Of a stretch of DNA of 64,000 nt, positions 8,827 to 19,279 are shown one piece after another; the first letter of the stretch is position 1, and each line of letters opens with the position of its first letter. This stretch comes from Candidatus Gottesmanbacteria bacterium RIFCSPLOWO2_01_FULL_42_22 (GTDB lineage: Bacteria; Patescibacteriota; Microgenomatia; 2-02-FULL-39-11). The translations under genes and the position numbers were made by a program. A model generated the notes under the pieces. That model was not told the origin of the DNA. It was given only the letters and a program-made list of their open reading frames with translations, and ran no database searches. Location of the stretch: contig MFJU01000006.1 of assembly GCA_001779315.1 (NCBI GenBank), forward strand, positions 2,612 to 66,611. The letters are read 5' to 3'.

Positions 8827-10449
8827 ATCAACTAAGCGGTAATTAATGTCCAGGCGTTCTTTTTCAAAGGCAACCCAGGAGGCAGAATTATTTATCAGAT
8901 TTAAATTTTTTTCCTCAAAATTCTTCCAGGCAATATAGCGGCTGTTTCGGTAAAAAGCCATATCAGCCGGCACCGGTTCCACACCGACAAGCTGTGTACT
9001 GCCTGAATTTTTAATAAACATAAAAACAACTATTCCAGCGACTACATATACTGCAAATTTAGCAGCTGATAAAGTTAGTTTTAAAGCTGCTTCGTCCAGA
9101 CCCAGAGCTTGAATGATAGCCAAAGCTCCATTCCCTAAAAAAGGGACGACAAAAGCTAATGCTTGTTCTGCCAGTTTAAGTCCTGCTTTAGTGATAGCTT
9201 TAGTCGCTAATTTCCTAACTGCAGCTTCCGCCATGGCTTTAATCCGGCTGATAATTTGATGCATTATTGCTGCAACTATCTGCTGCATGATATTTGCCGC
9301 CAGGTTTTGCATATCAGCCATGTTAGAAACAAACGAAGATAAGGTTTTCCTAATTTTCGGTTTGCCTTGGCCAGGCGGTGGACCCCCCGGAGGTCCTTTG
9401 TGCTGACTGGTTATCTTCTCGGGCACCTTTTCCGCTAAAGGTTGATCGAATTTTGGTTTGGCTCCTTCCAGGACATTTTCAAAATGGGCTCCTTCAGCAA
9501 GGCCCCCTGAAAGGGCTGATAAATCGAATTCAGGTTTTGCCGCTGGAGGTTTGGCGATTTCTTTTTCAGCTTCTTTTCTTTTTGCCGCTTGTCCTGCCTC
9601 TGACTGAATCAACTGTTCTTCCGTTATACCTTCTGCAAAACCGGCTGCCAGTTTCTCCTCGGGGATTTTTCCTTCATAAATATAATCCAGTCTCGACTTT
9701 AATTGTTCTTCGGTTAATCTGGTATTTTGCGGATCAAGGGTATCGTGTTTAAGAACGCCTTCTGCCTTTTCAAAAATGCCTGCTTCTGTTACCCTGGCGA
9801 TTGCTTCTTCCCGGGCGGTTAAGAGGTCGTTTTTTAGTGCCCGTTCGGCTTTACCGTCAGCTTTTTTACCCTCTTTATTGCACTGGTCATGGTATATTTT
9901 TTTTGCCTGGCGGGAAAGTTCATCATCGATTGAGGCACGGGGATTTTTCTCCCGCCATTCGGAAAGCCCCTTTTTCAGCTGTTGGGAATTCTCGTCACTT
10001 AAAGTGAAACGGTCAATCGCTTTCTCTGTCTTGATTGATTCTTCCAGCCGTGCGGTATGCTGGTGGACGTGTTGGGCAATTTTAATCGCTGTACCCACAC
10101 GATCGTATCTATCCCTGGTGACTTCCCCTTTAAATCTGAAAAAAGCAAATTTGGTAGAATCTTTCTTTTTATTTTTTAGTCGGCGGCCGATTAATGCATG
10201 ACTGTCGATGACTCTTTGAAGTTCATGCGGATTCCGAAGATTCAACAATCGCTGATGGATGTTTTCGTCACTGATAGTTTTAAACGCTTTCTTGGTATCA
10301 TCAGTATATTTATATCCTCCTGCGCCTCCGGCAATTGTTAGTTGTATAAGGGAAGCCCAGGTTGCGGAATCCCGCTGGTCGAGGTCAAATCCCTGTTTTT
10401 CTTCTTCCGCAGTTTCCGGAGTAGACTTACCGTGTCCGGCTGTGTTCAT
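8785..10449 (-). CDS. Hypothetical protein with C-terminal TM segments, part of a T4SS-like gene cluster
   Basis: 554 aa; charged/coiled N-terminal two-thirds, Gly/Pro-rich linker (GPPGGPPPGQGKP), hydrophobic C-terminal segments; co-directional with and directly downstream of the VirB4-like ATPase. Confidence 0.35.
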   Translation of the reverse strand: MNTAGHGKSTPETAEEEKQGFDLDQRDSATWASLIQLTIAGGAGGYKYTDDTKKAFKTISDENIHQRLLNLRNPHELQRVIDSHALIGRRLKNKKKDSTKFAFFRFKGEVTRDRYDRVGTAIKIAQHVHQHTARLEESIKTEKAIDRFTLSDENSQQLKKGLSEWREKNPRASIDDELSRQAKKIYHDQCNKEGKKADGKAERALKNDLLTAREEAIARVTEAGIFEKAEGVLKHDTLDPQNTRLTEEQLKSRLDYIYEGKIPEEKLAAGFAEGITEEQLIQSEAGQAAKRKEAEKEIAKPPAAKPEFDLSALSGGLAEGAHFENVLEGAKPKFDQPLAEKVPEKITSQHKGPPGGPPPGQGKPKIRKTLSSFVSNMADMQNLAANIMQQIVAAIMHQIISRIKAMAEAAVRKLATKAITKAGLKLAEQALAFVVPFLGNGALAIIQALGLDEAALKLTLSAAKFAVYVVAGIVVFMFIKNSGSTQLVGVEPVPADMAFYRNSRYIAWKNFEEKNLNLINNSASWVAFEKERLDINYRLVDLPLDADRHNDVKK

Positions 10450-10459
10450 ATGATTTTAA

Positions 10460-12415
10460 TTATACACTTTGGATTTGAGGCATATTGGCAGGCAATGGTT
10501 TTTCCTGCTTCATTTCACCGGGTTTGGAGGTTGCCAGTTGGTATTCCTGGGCGGAGGCGATAAATTGGACGGCAGCATGTGAAGCACCGGCAAAAAACAG
10601 GCCTTCCCCCACCCCGGCTGATAAGAGAAAGTGCTTTTCCCCGCTTGACAGATAAAAAACTTCAGCCAGTTTATCAATAGCTGCCGTTGACTGTTTAAGA
10701 AGCACCTGCAAACTGGAATTGGTGATGATGGCTTTGCCGTGGTCGGTCGACAGGAAATCTTCCACATCTTGCGTGATGGTGGTCACCCCTAAATAATATT
10801 TTCTGGCCCTTTTGGCAATGCTGTAAAGAAAAGTGGCAGAATCAGGATGCTTCATCAGGTACCAGGCCTCATCAACCACCAGGATTCTTTTTTTGACCTC
10901 CCTTTTGATTTTCGTCCAGATAAAGTCAAGAATGGAGAAAATGGCCATCGGCCTCAATTCCGCTTCCAGTTCTTTGATATTAAAAACCGTCAAGGCATTT
11001 TTTAAATGCAGATTGGACTGTTGGTTGAAAATACCTGCCAAAGATCCCTTAACAAATTTTTCGAGGCGTTCTGCCAATCTGCGGGCGTTCTCTTCTTCCA
11101 TGCCCAAAAGGACTTTATATAAATCTTCCATCAGGGGCGGTTCCCTTTTTTGGGTTTCTGGATCAGGTGTTATCCCCTTCTGTTTATAGGTGGATACCAA
11201 TGCTTTGTCCAAAAGGGCATCCTCGGTAGGGTTTAATTCTCCCATGATCACTCTCATTAGGCCGTGAAGCGAAAGGATTTTTAAGCCCAATTCGTTTTCC
11301 CCCTCAGATACAATCCCCGAAAGATCAAAAGGATTGATCTTAACGGGTGAATTGAAGGAAAAATCCAATTGGTCTCCTCCCAATGTTTTGGTGATATCCG
11401 TGTATTCGCCTTCAGGATCAATGACAAAGACGTCGGTGCCGAACATTAAAGTACGCATGACTTCCAGTTTGACCAGAAAGGATTTGCCTGAACCGGATTT
11501 GCCGAAGATGACGCTGTTGCTGTTTTCCAGAGAGAAGCGGTTGAAAATTACCAAAGAACCGTCATGCTCGTTGATCCCGTAAAGGATGCCTTCATTAGCG
11601 GTAAGGGAGGCTGTTGTGAATGGAAAAGTGGTAGCCAGTGATGTTGTGTCCATGTTTCTGGTTATATCCAGCTTGTCGAGAGACATAGGTAAGGTCGATT
11701 TGAAACCGTCTTCCTGGGAAAGGGTGGCGTGCTTGGGGACAATCAGTAAAGAGCCCAGGGTTGACTCAACTTCCTTTGATGATCTGTTCAGCTCTTCTAT
11801 AGTATCTGCCGGGATAGAAACATAGAGAGAAAACTGGTAAAATCTTTCAGCGCCTTTTGCCAGTTGGGATTGAAGGGCTAGAGCGTCATCGAGTGAGACC
11901 TGGACTGACGGATCAATAACTTTGCCTCTTTTCATATCGACCTGAATGGTGGCCTCCATTTCAGCGATTTTCCTTTTGAGGTCTTCTAATATCACTTTTG
12001 ATTCAGCGGGGTAAATATACATGGAAATAAAAAGCGATTTGTCAAAAGACAATAATGGGTGAAGCCAGTTGGAAGCTACATATCTGGGATAACCGGCTAC
12101 GAACAAGGTGCGGTAAAAAGTATTATTGACTCTGATGTTGTCAAAATCAACTTCGACGAGAGAAGGAGCGATAATATCGCGGATATTGACCAATCCTTTG
12201 GTCAATTTTTGTTTGGCCTCCAAGAGCTGATTGCTTTTAGCAGTATTGGCGGCCCGGTTATTGACAACCGCATGACTGATTACCGGCTGAACTGGCTGGC
12301 CTACTGTTTGCAGATTCGGTTTAACACCGGGTTGAACCGGCTGAAGTGGTTGGACTGCCGCCACCGGTTTAGGAAGGATTGAAACAGGCGCTTTTTTTTT
12401 AGAAAATAAGGACAT
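10460..12415 (-). CDS. virB4: VirB4/TrbE/CagE-family type IV secretion ATPase
   Basis: 651 aa; Walker A VIFGKSGSGKSFLV and Walker B RILVVDEAWYLM; overall VirB4 architecture. Confidence 0.7.
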   Translation of the reverse strand: MSLFSKKKAPVSILPKPVAAVQPLQPVQPGVKPNLQTVGQPVQPVISHAVVNNRAANTAKSNQLLEAKQKLTKGLVNIRDIIAPSLVEVDFDNIRVNNTFYRTLFVAGYPRYVASNWLHPLLSFDKSLFISMYIYPAESKVILEDLKRKIAEMEATIQVDMKRGKVIDPSVQVSLDDALALQSQLAKGAERFYQFSLYVSIPADTIEELNRSSKEVESTLGSLLIVPKHATLSQEDGFKSTLPMSLDKLDITRNMDTTSLATTFPFTTASLTANEGILYGINEHDGSLVIFNRFSLENSNSVIFGKSGSGKSFLVKLEVMRTLMFGTDVFVIDPEGEYTDITKTLGGDQLDFSFNSPVKINPFDLSGIVSEGENELGLKILSLHGLMRVIMGELNPTEDALLDKALVSTYKQKGITPDPETQKREPPLMEDLYKVLLGMEEENARRLAERLEKFVKGSLAGIFNQQSNLHLKNALTVFNIKELEAELRPMAIFSILDFIWTKIKREVKKRILVVDEAWYLMKHPDSATFLYSIAKRARKYYLGVTTITQDVEDFLSTDHGKAIITNSSLQVLLKQSTAAIDKLAEVFYLSSGEKHFLLSAGVGEGLFFAGASHAAVQFIASAQEYQLATSKPGEMKQEKPLPANMPQIQSV

Positions 12416-12421
12416 ATAAAA

Positions 12422-13090
12422 TTAGATACCTTCAACTAAAGGCTTGCTATAACCGATTGCTTCCCCCAATTTTTCACCGATTAAAGTCGGATTATAAATA
12501 TTATAAAAAAGCTCAACCAATTCCTGGGTCGGCAGCTGTCGGCCTTTAAGTCCGATCCTGCCTAATTGTCTTAAAATATGATCCCTTTTAGGATAAAGGG
12601 AGGTTTTGGCTCGGGAGAGGATATAATCCTTGGCAAAGGGGAGTTTTTTCTTTTTTCCGGATACAGAGAAAGCTTCTTTGATGCCTAATTCCAGGGGTGA
12701 AAAGGGCACAACCAGGTAGAATTTTTTTTCCAAAACCCTGTTTTCCTTAATAGTAGAAAGGATGAATTCACGGTAAGTACGAATTCTGTCCCTGATTACC
12801 GGATTCGGCTGCTTTGTTTCTTCCTGGACAATGTAGTCAATATAGGAGGAAATATCCATTCTTTTGGAAAGAATAACCACCTGCAGGGGAAAAGAGAGTG
12901 AATTTAAAAAAGAAGCATAAGCGTAAATAAGCGCATCCTGTTCATCTTCGGACAAAAGGCCGAAATTGACCGCTGTGGTTTCCAGAAGGACCGCCGCACC
13001 TGCCGTCCTTAAGATCAAAATATCATCAATAATATCCTCAATGTCCAGAAAATCCTGGGTGCTGGCTCTGATAGGCGCTGAATTTTGCAT
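12422..13090 (-). CDS. Hypothetical protein (T4SS-cluster associated)
   Basis: 222-aa ORF between the PrgI-like gene and virB4; no recognisable motif. Confidence 0.3.
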   Translation of the reverse strand: MQNSAPIRASTQDFLDIEDIIDDILILRTAGAAVLLETTAVNFGLLSEDEQDALIYAYASFLNSLSFPLQVVILSKRMDISSYIDYIVQEETKQPNPVIRDRIRTYREFILSTIKENRVLEKKFYLVVPFSPLELGIKEAFSVSGKKKKLPFAKDYILSRAKTSLYPKRDHILRQLGRIGLKGRQLPTQELVELFYNIYNPTLIGEKLGEAIGYSKPLVEGI

Positions 13091-13140
13091 TAAAAAAAGA
13101 CTTACCTATTATCCAATCAAGCGATAAACAAATCAACTGA

Positions 13141-14376
13141 TCAGATTCCGGGATTACTAAAAAGTTCTTTATTTAATTGTTCGCGGATTTGCTCTTTTTC
13201 TCCTTTGGCGCTGATTTCAATCGGGAGAAAAATTTTTCCCTCGAGATTGATTTCTGCGATATCAAAAGTATATCTTTTTAAAGGATCTTCAGCTTCCACA
13301 TAATATGTACCGTTTTGCAAGGGTGTGGCCGTCGAGAATTGTCCCAGGCGGTTGGTTTTTAAGGCGCGGTGAGGATTACCTTTGGTGTCTTTTATGGTCA
13401 GTATGATATTGGGCAACAATTTTTTACTGCTGTCTTTAATGATTCCCATAATAATATTGGGTGCTTGGGGCAATTTCGGGATACCGATTTCGTTTACAGC
13501 GCTTCTCGGGGTTACTGTTTTGATGGTTGGTTTGGCTGCCTCTTTTTCTTCTTTCGGTTTAATGATGGCCGCAGCAGATGTTTTAGCAAGCTCATCTTTC
13601 AGTTTTATTAATTCTTCTTCCAGTTTTTCTTTTTCCTCTCTCAAATTTATTATTTTATCTTCCTCTGCCGGTGGCCTACTTACAGGGAGGGAGACGGGTT
13701 TGACAGCGGGGATTGTTGTTTGAGCGGGAGGTGGAGAAGGAGTTTGTTGTAAGGACGCTACAGGAGGTTTAAGCGGTGCGACAGAAATAACAGGTTTTAT
13801 TTGAGGTTGAAAGGTGGCTGTCAATTTAGGCGGCTGGACAATGGTTGATTGAGGCATCGAAGGTTGAAAATTAGCCGCTAAGGTAGCGGCAGTTGTGGCA
13901 AAAAGCTGCATAGTTTGATCGACATAGTGTTTTTCCCTGATATTTATTTGCTGATAGGGTTGGGCGGGCAGGGACTGAAGATAATTTTCCAGTTTTTTTT
14001 TAGCATCGACATGAGCTTCCTGGTGATTTTGCGGCAGGACTTTTGTTTGGGCATTATAAGCATAGGCCAGAATATCCGGCATATCTTCGACCTTTTGCCA
14101 GAGGTATTGCGTCGGCGACAGAATGCTTTTGATAAAAGCGACAATCCATTTGTCCAGTGGCCTTTCTTGAATGGGCAGGAAAGCAAAGGCAAAGCCGGAT
14201 AAAACTGCGGCTCCGATAATCGGATATGACAAAAGAGGAGGCAAGGGTAAAGTCTTATAAAGGATAAAACCGATGATGAAACCGCTAATTAAATAGCCGA
14301 ATTGCCTTACCGTCATGTCCCCGATGAGATGGAATTGAAAACTGGAAATATTTCTGGGTATAGGGTGTTGCTCCAT
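13141..14376 (-). CDS. PrgI-like (VirB3-analogue) two-TM N-terminal domain fused to a long coiled-coil/Pro-rich extension and a C-terminal globular domain
   Basis: N-terminus DMTVRQFGYLISGFIIGFILYKTLPLPPLLSYPIIGAAVLSGFAFAFLPIQERPLDKW matches the PrgI-family pattern (T-RQ, two TM helices, G-PLD-W); 411 aa in total. Confidence 0.45.
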   Translation of the reverse strand: MEQHPIPRNISSFQFHLIGDMTVRQFGYLISGFIIGFILYKTLPLPPLLSYPIIGAAVLSGFAFAFLPIQERPLDKWIVAFIKSILSPTQYLWQKVEDMPDILAYAYNAQTKVLPQNHQEAHVDAKKKLENYLQSLPAQPYQQINIREKHYVDQTMQLFATTAATLAANFQPSMPQSTIVQPPKLTATFQPQIKPVISVAPLKPPVASLQQTPSPPPAQTTIPAVKPVSLPVSRPPAEEDKIINLREEKEKLEEELIKLKDELAKTSAAAIIKPKEEKEAAKPTIKTVTPRSAVNEIGIPKLPQAPNIIMGIIKDSSKKLLPNIILTIKDTKGNPHRALKTNRLGQFSTATPLQNGTYYVEAEDPLKRYTFDIAEINLEGKIFLPIEISAKGEKEQIREQLNKELFSNPGI

Positions 14377-14536
14377 AGGCCTTAATTAAGGGTATGATGT
14401 GAAAAATATGGTTTCAACTACTTCATTAGTGGTCAGATTACTACTTAACTGGATTATCTTTTGTGAAATGTAGACCTTCAGGGTCGCGAGAGTCGGGATT
14501 GACATAAACCTTTAAAAAATGTTTTACTAAGAGGTA

Positions 14537-17500
14537 ATGCCGGGTCAGCTTTTTAAGTTCACCAAATACTTTAAAAAAGATCAGATTAAGAATCAGCCTG
14601 ATGATACTACTAGTCAGGTTCAGGAAGGTTCAACTGCAGTTACTTATTCACAGGCAAGTCCAAGCCAATCACCGCCGCAAGCCCCGATCCAATCGGGGCA
14701 AGCATATTCCGGCATCGGCAAGCCGTCCGGTAGTCAACAGGCTTATTCCGGTATTGGCAATCCGCCGACCCCTCCTCCGCCTCCCACTGCTTCCGATCAG
14801 AATGCAGCGGGACAGGCAGGCAAGACCGGGCAAAATGCCGCTTCATCAATTGATATGGGTAAAAGAGTCGGCATGGACGTTCTCTCCCGGATGACTCAAA
14901 GGTCAAATGATATTCTGTTGAAAGCAGTCACCAAAGTCAAAGAGCTTAAGGGACAGCATATTGATACGGAACATGTTTTATGGGCCCTTCTTTCAGATTC
15001 GGCTATCTACCAGCTGATATCAGACTGTAAAGCTGTTCCTTCAGAAATCCAGGCAGAATTGGAGAAAAGTTTTAAAAAAGGCAATTTTTCAGGTAATCCC
15101 CAATTTTCTCCCAGGATCAAAAGAGTTTTGGAATTATCTTTATCAACGGCCAAATCATTAGGTTATGAATTTATTTCTCCCGAGCACATTCTTTTAGCCC
15201 TTTCCCATGAAGGCGAAGGCTTGGCCGCCCAAGTTTTGAATAAATTTCACCTGACACAACAAGTTTTAAATCAGAAAATAACCGGTAAGAAAGAACTGGA
15301 GAAGAAGGAAGATGCTAGGAAACAGACAACTTTAGAGCAGTTTACCGATGATCTGACAGCTAAAGCAGCGCGGGGCGAACTGGATCCGGTAGTTGGCCGG
15401 AGTTGGGAGATCGAAAGGGTGATTCATATACTTTCCCGCCGCACAAAGAACAATCCGGTTTTAATCGGTGATGCGGGAGTAGGTAAAACAGCCATAGTTG
15501 AGGGCATGGCCCAGAGAATTGCCACAGGTGATGTGCCGGAAACACTGCTGCATAAAAGGATTTTGCAGCTGGATTTGATGTCTTTGATAGCCGGGGCCAG
15601 ACATCGGGGCGAGTTTGAAGAAAGGCTCAAGAATTTAATCAAAGAAGTCAAGTCAGCTGCCGGTTCCATTATTTTATTTATTGATGAGCTTCATAACATG
15701 GTTGGTGCCGGTTCAGGCGGTGAAGGCACCATGGATGCTTCCAATATCCTTAAACCTTCACTCGCCCGCGGAGAGCTTCAGGTAGTCGGGACAACCACCG
15801 TCACCGAATACCGTAAATACATTGAAAAAGACCCGGCTTTGGAAAGAAGATTCCAGCCGATCATTGTGGCTGAACCCACGAAAGATATCGCGGTGGAGAT
15901 GCTTTTGGCCATCCGTGATAAATATGAAGCCTTCCACCGGGTCAAGATTCCGGATGAGACGGTTGAGGAAGCGGTCAGATTATCCCAAAGATATATTGCC
16001 GACCGCTTTCTGCCGGATAAAGCAGTCGACCTTATCGACGAAGCAGCGGCTGCCGTGAGATTACCGGCCATTTCGTTGCCTGAAGAAATCAAAAGCAGCG
16101 AAAACAAATTGAAAAAACTGGAGCACGAAAAAGGGGAAGCGGAAAAAGCAGGAGACACAGTCAGATTCGAAAGCCTGAAAAGGGAAATTGATGACATAGG
16201 TAAAAGCCTGACGGAACTGAAAGAGCAGTATCAAATCAAAAAGTCGACAACCACCAATTCCGTTAATAAAGAGGTCATTGCGGAAATTGTGGCTCGCTGG
16301 ACCAACATTCCGGTTTCCCGCCTGACGGAAAGCGAAGCGGTTAAACTTATGGAACTTGAGAAAACCATCCATAAAAGATTGATTGACCAGGAAGAAGCTG
16401 TCTCGGCTGTCTCTGAGGCGGTCAGGCGCGGACGCGCCGGTCTCAAATCCAACAAAAGGCCGATCGGCTCTTTTATTTTCATGGGTCCGACAGGAGTCGG
16501 TAAGACGGAACTGGCCAAATCATTAGCGGAAATCCTTTTCGGCAGCGAGGAAATGATGGTCAGGCTGGACATGACGGAATACATGGAAAAACATGAAGTG
16601 GCCAAACTTATCGGTGCTCCCCCGGGCTATGTCGGCTATGACGAGGGCGGGCAGTTGACAGAAGCGGTGCGCCGCAGACCTTATTCCGTAGTTTTATTGG
16701 ATGAAATCGAAAAAGCCCATCCGGACGTTTTTAATATATTGATCCAGCTTTTGGATGATGGCCGGCTGACCGATAACAAGGGACACACCGTTTCCTTTAA
16801 AAACTCCATCATAATCTGTACCTCAAATTTGGGAAGCTCCATCATTCAGGAAGAGATGCTCAGCTGGGAGCAGGGAAATCTGCCCGCAAGCATGCTTAAG
16901 GAAAAAACCAAAATGATCAGGACTTATGTTATCTCTCCTACCGGCCGCGAAATTATATCATTAGACGGAATCCTCTGGCAGAAAGACCCCGGGCAGACTC
17001 TATGGAAAAAATCGGACCTGAAAGAATATTTTGCCGGCAATCAGACAATCGGGGTAGCACCTCAAGAACCGACGACAGAACAATCTCCACAAACTGATAA
17101 GACGCAGCCGCAAAATCAAGCCCAAGCATCGGGCAATTTTCCCGGGAGTTTCGATACCCATGTAATCGGAGCTGACGGCAGTGAAACCATCACTTCTGAT
17201 GACACTCTCTGGTTCAGAACCTCAACCATATCCAAGGAATGGCATTCCTCAAAGCTTTTGGAGAATTTGAAAGACCATATTGTCATCAACGCCAAGCCGG
17301 ACAAGCCGGAAGAACAGCTGCCAACTGCTAAACTTGATAGCCATGCTGTCAATTTAAAAAATGAGGAGTTTATTTCACTCAATGACCGTTTCTGGATGCG
17401 GCCGAATTTACAGGTCAAAGACTGGACGACCGGCACCCTGGGGGAATATTTTGCCGATGCATCCGTTGAGGAGGAAGCTGTTGCTAACGAGGCAAAACCC

Positions 17501-18571
17501 GGATCCAAAGATGCCACCGCCAGCCTGATGCAGCAAAGACAGGCGAAAAAAGAGATTTTTCCGGTTGAGAAATGGGAGATGCATCTGTTTAAGCCCTCAG
17601 GTGAAGAAATTATTATTGCCGGGGGCAAATTCTGGCTTAAGAAAGATGCCGCGCAAAAAATTTGGCAGACAGGATCTTTGGAAAAATTATTTACCACTCT
17701 TAAGATCGAAGCTTCCGAAGAATTGCTGCCGGTGAAAGCGGAAAAGGAAACGAAAAGTCCCAAAGAAGAAGAGCAGTTTGAAAAGCTTTCCAAAAAACTG
17801 ATGGAGGAACTGCGGAAATTCTTCCGGCCGGAACTGCTTAACCGTTTCGATGAGGTAACCATTTTTCGCCCCTTGGGACCGGAGCACATGCTGGAGATCG
17901 TTGACCTGCAGATGACTACCTTGATTAAAATCCTCCAGGAACAGGGCATTGGTCTGGCTGTTTCCCCCAGCGCCAAACTTTACCTGGCCGAGATCGGTTT
18001 CGACCCGATCTTCGGCGCCCGGCCTTTGAGAAGGACAATCCAGAGAGTGATTGAAAATCCGGTTTCCTCCTTTCTTATTAAAGGGGAGTTGTCAGCCGGA
18101 GACACGATCAATGTCGACTACAACAACAAGGAACTCACTTTCGATATTAAAAAAATGGTTCCTCTGAAAACTGCTGATAAACAGGCAGATGAAAAAGCTG
18201 TCACACCTGAAGAACCTAAAGATAATTATCTCTGCCAGACGTGCGGTCATGCCTGGTCAGTTGAGAAAGGCCTAAAAACGGAAATTTGCCCTGCCTGCCA
18301 GGCTACAGCTATTGCCTTGGTTGTCCCTGCCAAGGAAGAAAAGGCGGTTGCTGAAGTTGCTCCGCCGCCGGTAGCAGCGGTTACAGAAACCCCGTCATCA
18401 CAAGTCCCGACGCCGCCGCCGGCAGCCAATCCGCCAGCCAGTCCTCCGGTTAATCCCCCGCCTTACCAAAATCCGTTGGAAAATTATTTTACTGCTACAG
18501 CCGACAGTGCCCAGGGACAAGCGGCGGCACCCTCGAGGGATCCAAACGCTCCCCCAGCAACTACTGTCTGA
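14537..18571 (+). CDS. Atypical ClpC/ClpB-family AAA+ chaperone (two AAA modules) with Q/P-rich N-terminal extension, a ~330-aa repeat insertion in D2, a C-terminal zinc ribbon and a Pro-rich tail
   Basis: Clp_N repeats, Walker [12 protein letters not shown] (D1) and [12 protein letters not shown] (D2), short UVR-like linker. Between the sensor-1 ICTSNLGS and ELLNRFDE there are four ~30-aa repeats of the form [IV]-[ST]-x-[DNG]-[DG]-x2-[LF]-W-x9-W-x3-G-[ST]-L-x2-[LY]-F; C-terminus [23 protein letters not shown]. 1344 aa against ~810-870 for canonical ClpC/ClpB. Confidence 0.7.
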   Translation: MPGQLFKFTKYFKKDQIKNQPDDTTSQVQEGSTAVTYSQASPSQSPPQAPIQSGQAYSGIGKPSGSQQAYSGIGNPPTPPPPPTASDQNAAGQAGKTGQNAASSIDMGKRVGMDVLSRMTQRSNDILLKAVTKVKELKGQHIDTEHVLWALLSDSAIYQLISDCKAVPSEIQAELEKSFKKGNFSGNPQFSPRIKRVLELSLSTAKSLGYEFISPEHILLALSHEGEGLAAQVLNKFHLTQQVLNQKITGKKELEKKEDARKQTTLEQFTDDLTAKAARGELDPVVGRSWEIERVIHILSRRTKNNPVLIGDAGVGKTAIVEGMAQRIATGDVPETLLHKRILQLDLMSLIAGARHRGEFEERLKNLIKEVKSAAGSIILFIDELHNMVGAGSGGEGTMDASNILKPSLARGELQVVGTTTVTEYRKYIEKDPALERRFQPIIVAEPTKDIAVEMLLAIRDKYEAFHRVKIPDETVEEAVRLSQRYIADRFLPDKAVDLIDEAAAAVRLPAISLPEEIKSSENKLKKLEHEKGEAEKAGDTVRFESLKREIDDIGKSLTELKEQYQIKKSTTTNSVNKEVIAEIVARWTNIPVSRLTESEAVKLMELEKTIHKRLIDQEEAVSAVSEAVRRGRAGLKSNKRPIGSFIFMGPTGVGKTELAKSLAEILFGSEEMMVRLDMTEYMEKHEVAKLIGAPPGYVGYDEGGQLTEAVRRRPYSVVLLDEIEKAHPDVFNILIQLLDDGRLTDNKGHTVSFKNSIIICTSNLGSSIIQEEMLSWEQGNLPASMLKEKTKMIRTYVISPTGREIISLDGILWQKDPGQTLWKKSDLKEYFAGNQTIGVAPQEPTTEQSPQTDKTQPQNQAQASGNFPGSFDTHVIGADGSETITSDDTLWFRTSTISKEWHSSKLLENLKDHIVINAKPDKPEEQLPTAKLDSHAVNLKNEEFISLNDRFWMRPNLQVKDWTTGTLGEYFADASVEEEAVANEAKPGSKDATASLMQQRQAKKEIFPVEKWEMHLFKPSGEEIIIAGGKFWLKKDAAQKIWQTGSLEKLFTTLKIEASEELLPVKAEKETKSPKEEEQFEKLSKKLMEELRKFFRPELLNRFDEVTIFRPLGPEHMLEIVDLQMTTLIKILQEQGIGLAVSPSAKLYLAEIGFDPIFGARPLRRTIQRVIENPVSSFLIKGELSAGDTINVDYNNKELTFDIKKMVPLKTADKQADEKAVTPEEPKDNYLCQTCGHAWSVEKGLKTEICPACQATAIALVVPAKEEKAVAEVAPPPVAAVTETPSSQVPTPPPAANPPASPPVNPPPYQNPLENYFTATADSAQGQAAAPSRDPNAPPATTV

Positions 18572-19256
18572 CATCATTTTGCTGAAGTTTTTTCCCCAGA
18601 GACAGACATAAGAAAACCGATAAATCGATGGCAGCCGCAATTGACAGATAAATATTCAGTTTTGCTAAATATGAAGAGACGCTATCGATAAAGCGCTGAT
18701 TCGCTTCAATTGAGAGGCCGGACAAATGGCCGGCTAAGAGCAAAAGCAGTAAAATGGGTAAAACCATCACAAAACTTTTTAAATCCCTTTTGCTGGAAAA
18801 CATGCCTGAAGTAATTTGAAATAGGGCAATAAACCCCATTATTTTAAAGATAAAATTTTCGCTTTTTAAAAGCATTGACACGTCGCCGATCAGAAATATA
18901 CCGGCCAGCCAAACACAGGCAATTCCGGCAAACATGGGGGCAAGTCCGATCAGGCTTAATCTGAACGGATCGGCATGCCCGACCATGAGATGACCGGCTT
19001 TGACTTCCCCGTTTTTTTCAAATGTTGGAAAGATAGTCATCGAGCCGGTGGGAACGCGCAAAATAGTGGCCATCAGAAAGTGCGATAGCTCATGAACTAT
19101 TGTTCCCGGCAGAAAAGTCAGGGCAATAATCCAGACGGAAAGATGTTTCCGGCGGCTGATCTGAAATACAAACTGGAAAAAATACTTGACCGATTTTTTT
19201 ACAATGAGATATATCAGTATTATTAGTAAAAAGAAGAGAATCAGTTGCAGAAGCAT
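18561..19256 (-). CDS. Integral membrane HExxH metalloprotease-like protein (M50B/DUF3267-like)
   Basis: 231 aa, about 6 TM segments; HELSH motif in [15 protein letters not shown]. Confidence 0.35.
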   Translation of the reverse strand: MLLQLILFFLLIILIYLIVKKSVKYFFQFVFQISRRKHLSVWIIALTFLPGTIVHELSHFLMATILRVPTGSMTIFPTFEKNGEVKAGHLMVGHADPFRLSLIGLAPMFAGIACVWLAGIFLIGDVSMLLKSENFIFKIMGFIALFQITSGMFSSKRDLKSFVMVLPILLLLLLAGHLSGLSIEANQRFIDSVSSYLAKLNIYLSIAAAIDLSVFLCLSLGKKLQQNDVRQ

Positions 19257-19279
19257 GATTGGCTTTTTTTATACTTGTC

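Noticed and set aside
14470-14536. Possible CtsR-like operator (GGTCGCGAGAGTCGGGA) and a TTGACA -35 upstream of the ClpC-like gene
   Set aside because: Only 4/7 matches per heptad to the GGTCAAA tandem consensus and no convincing -10 hexamer at 16-18 nt; too weak to call.
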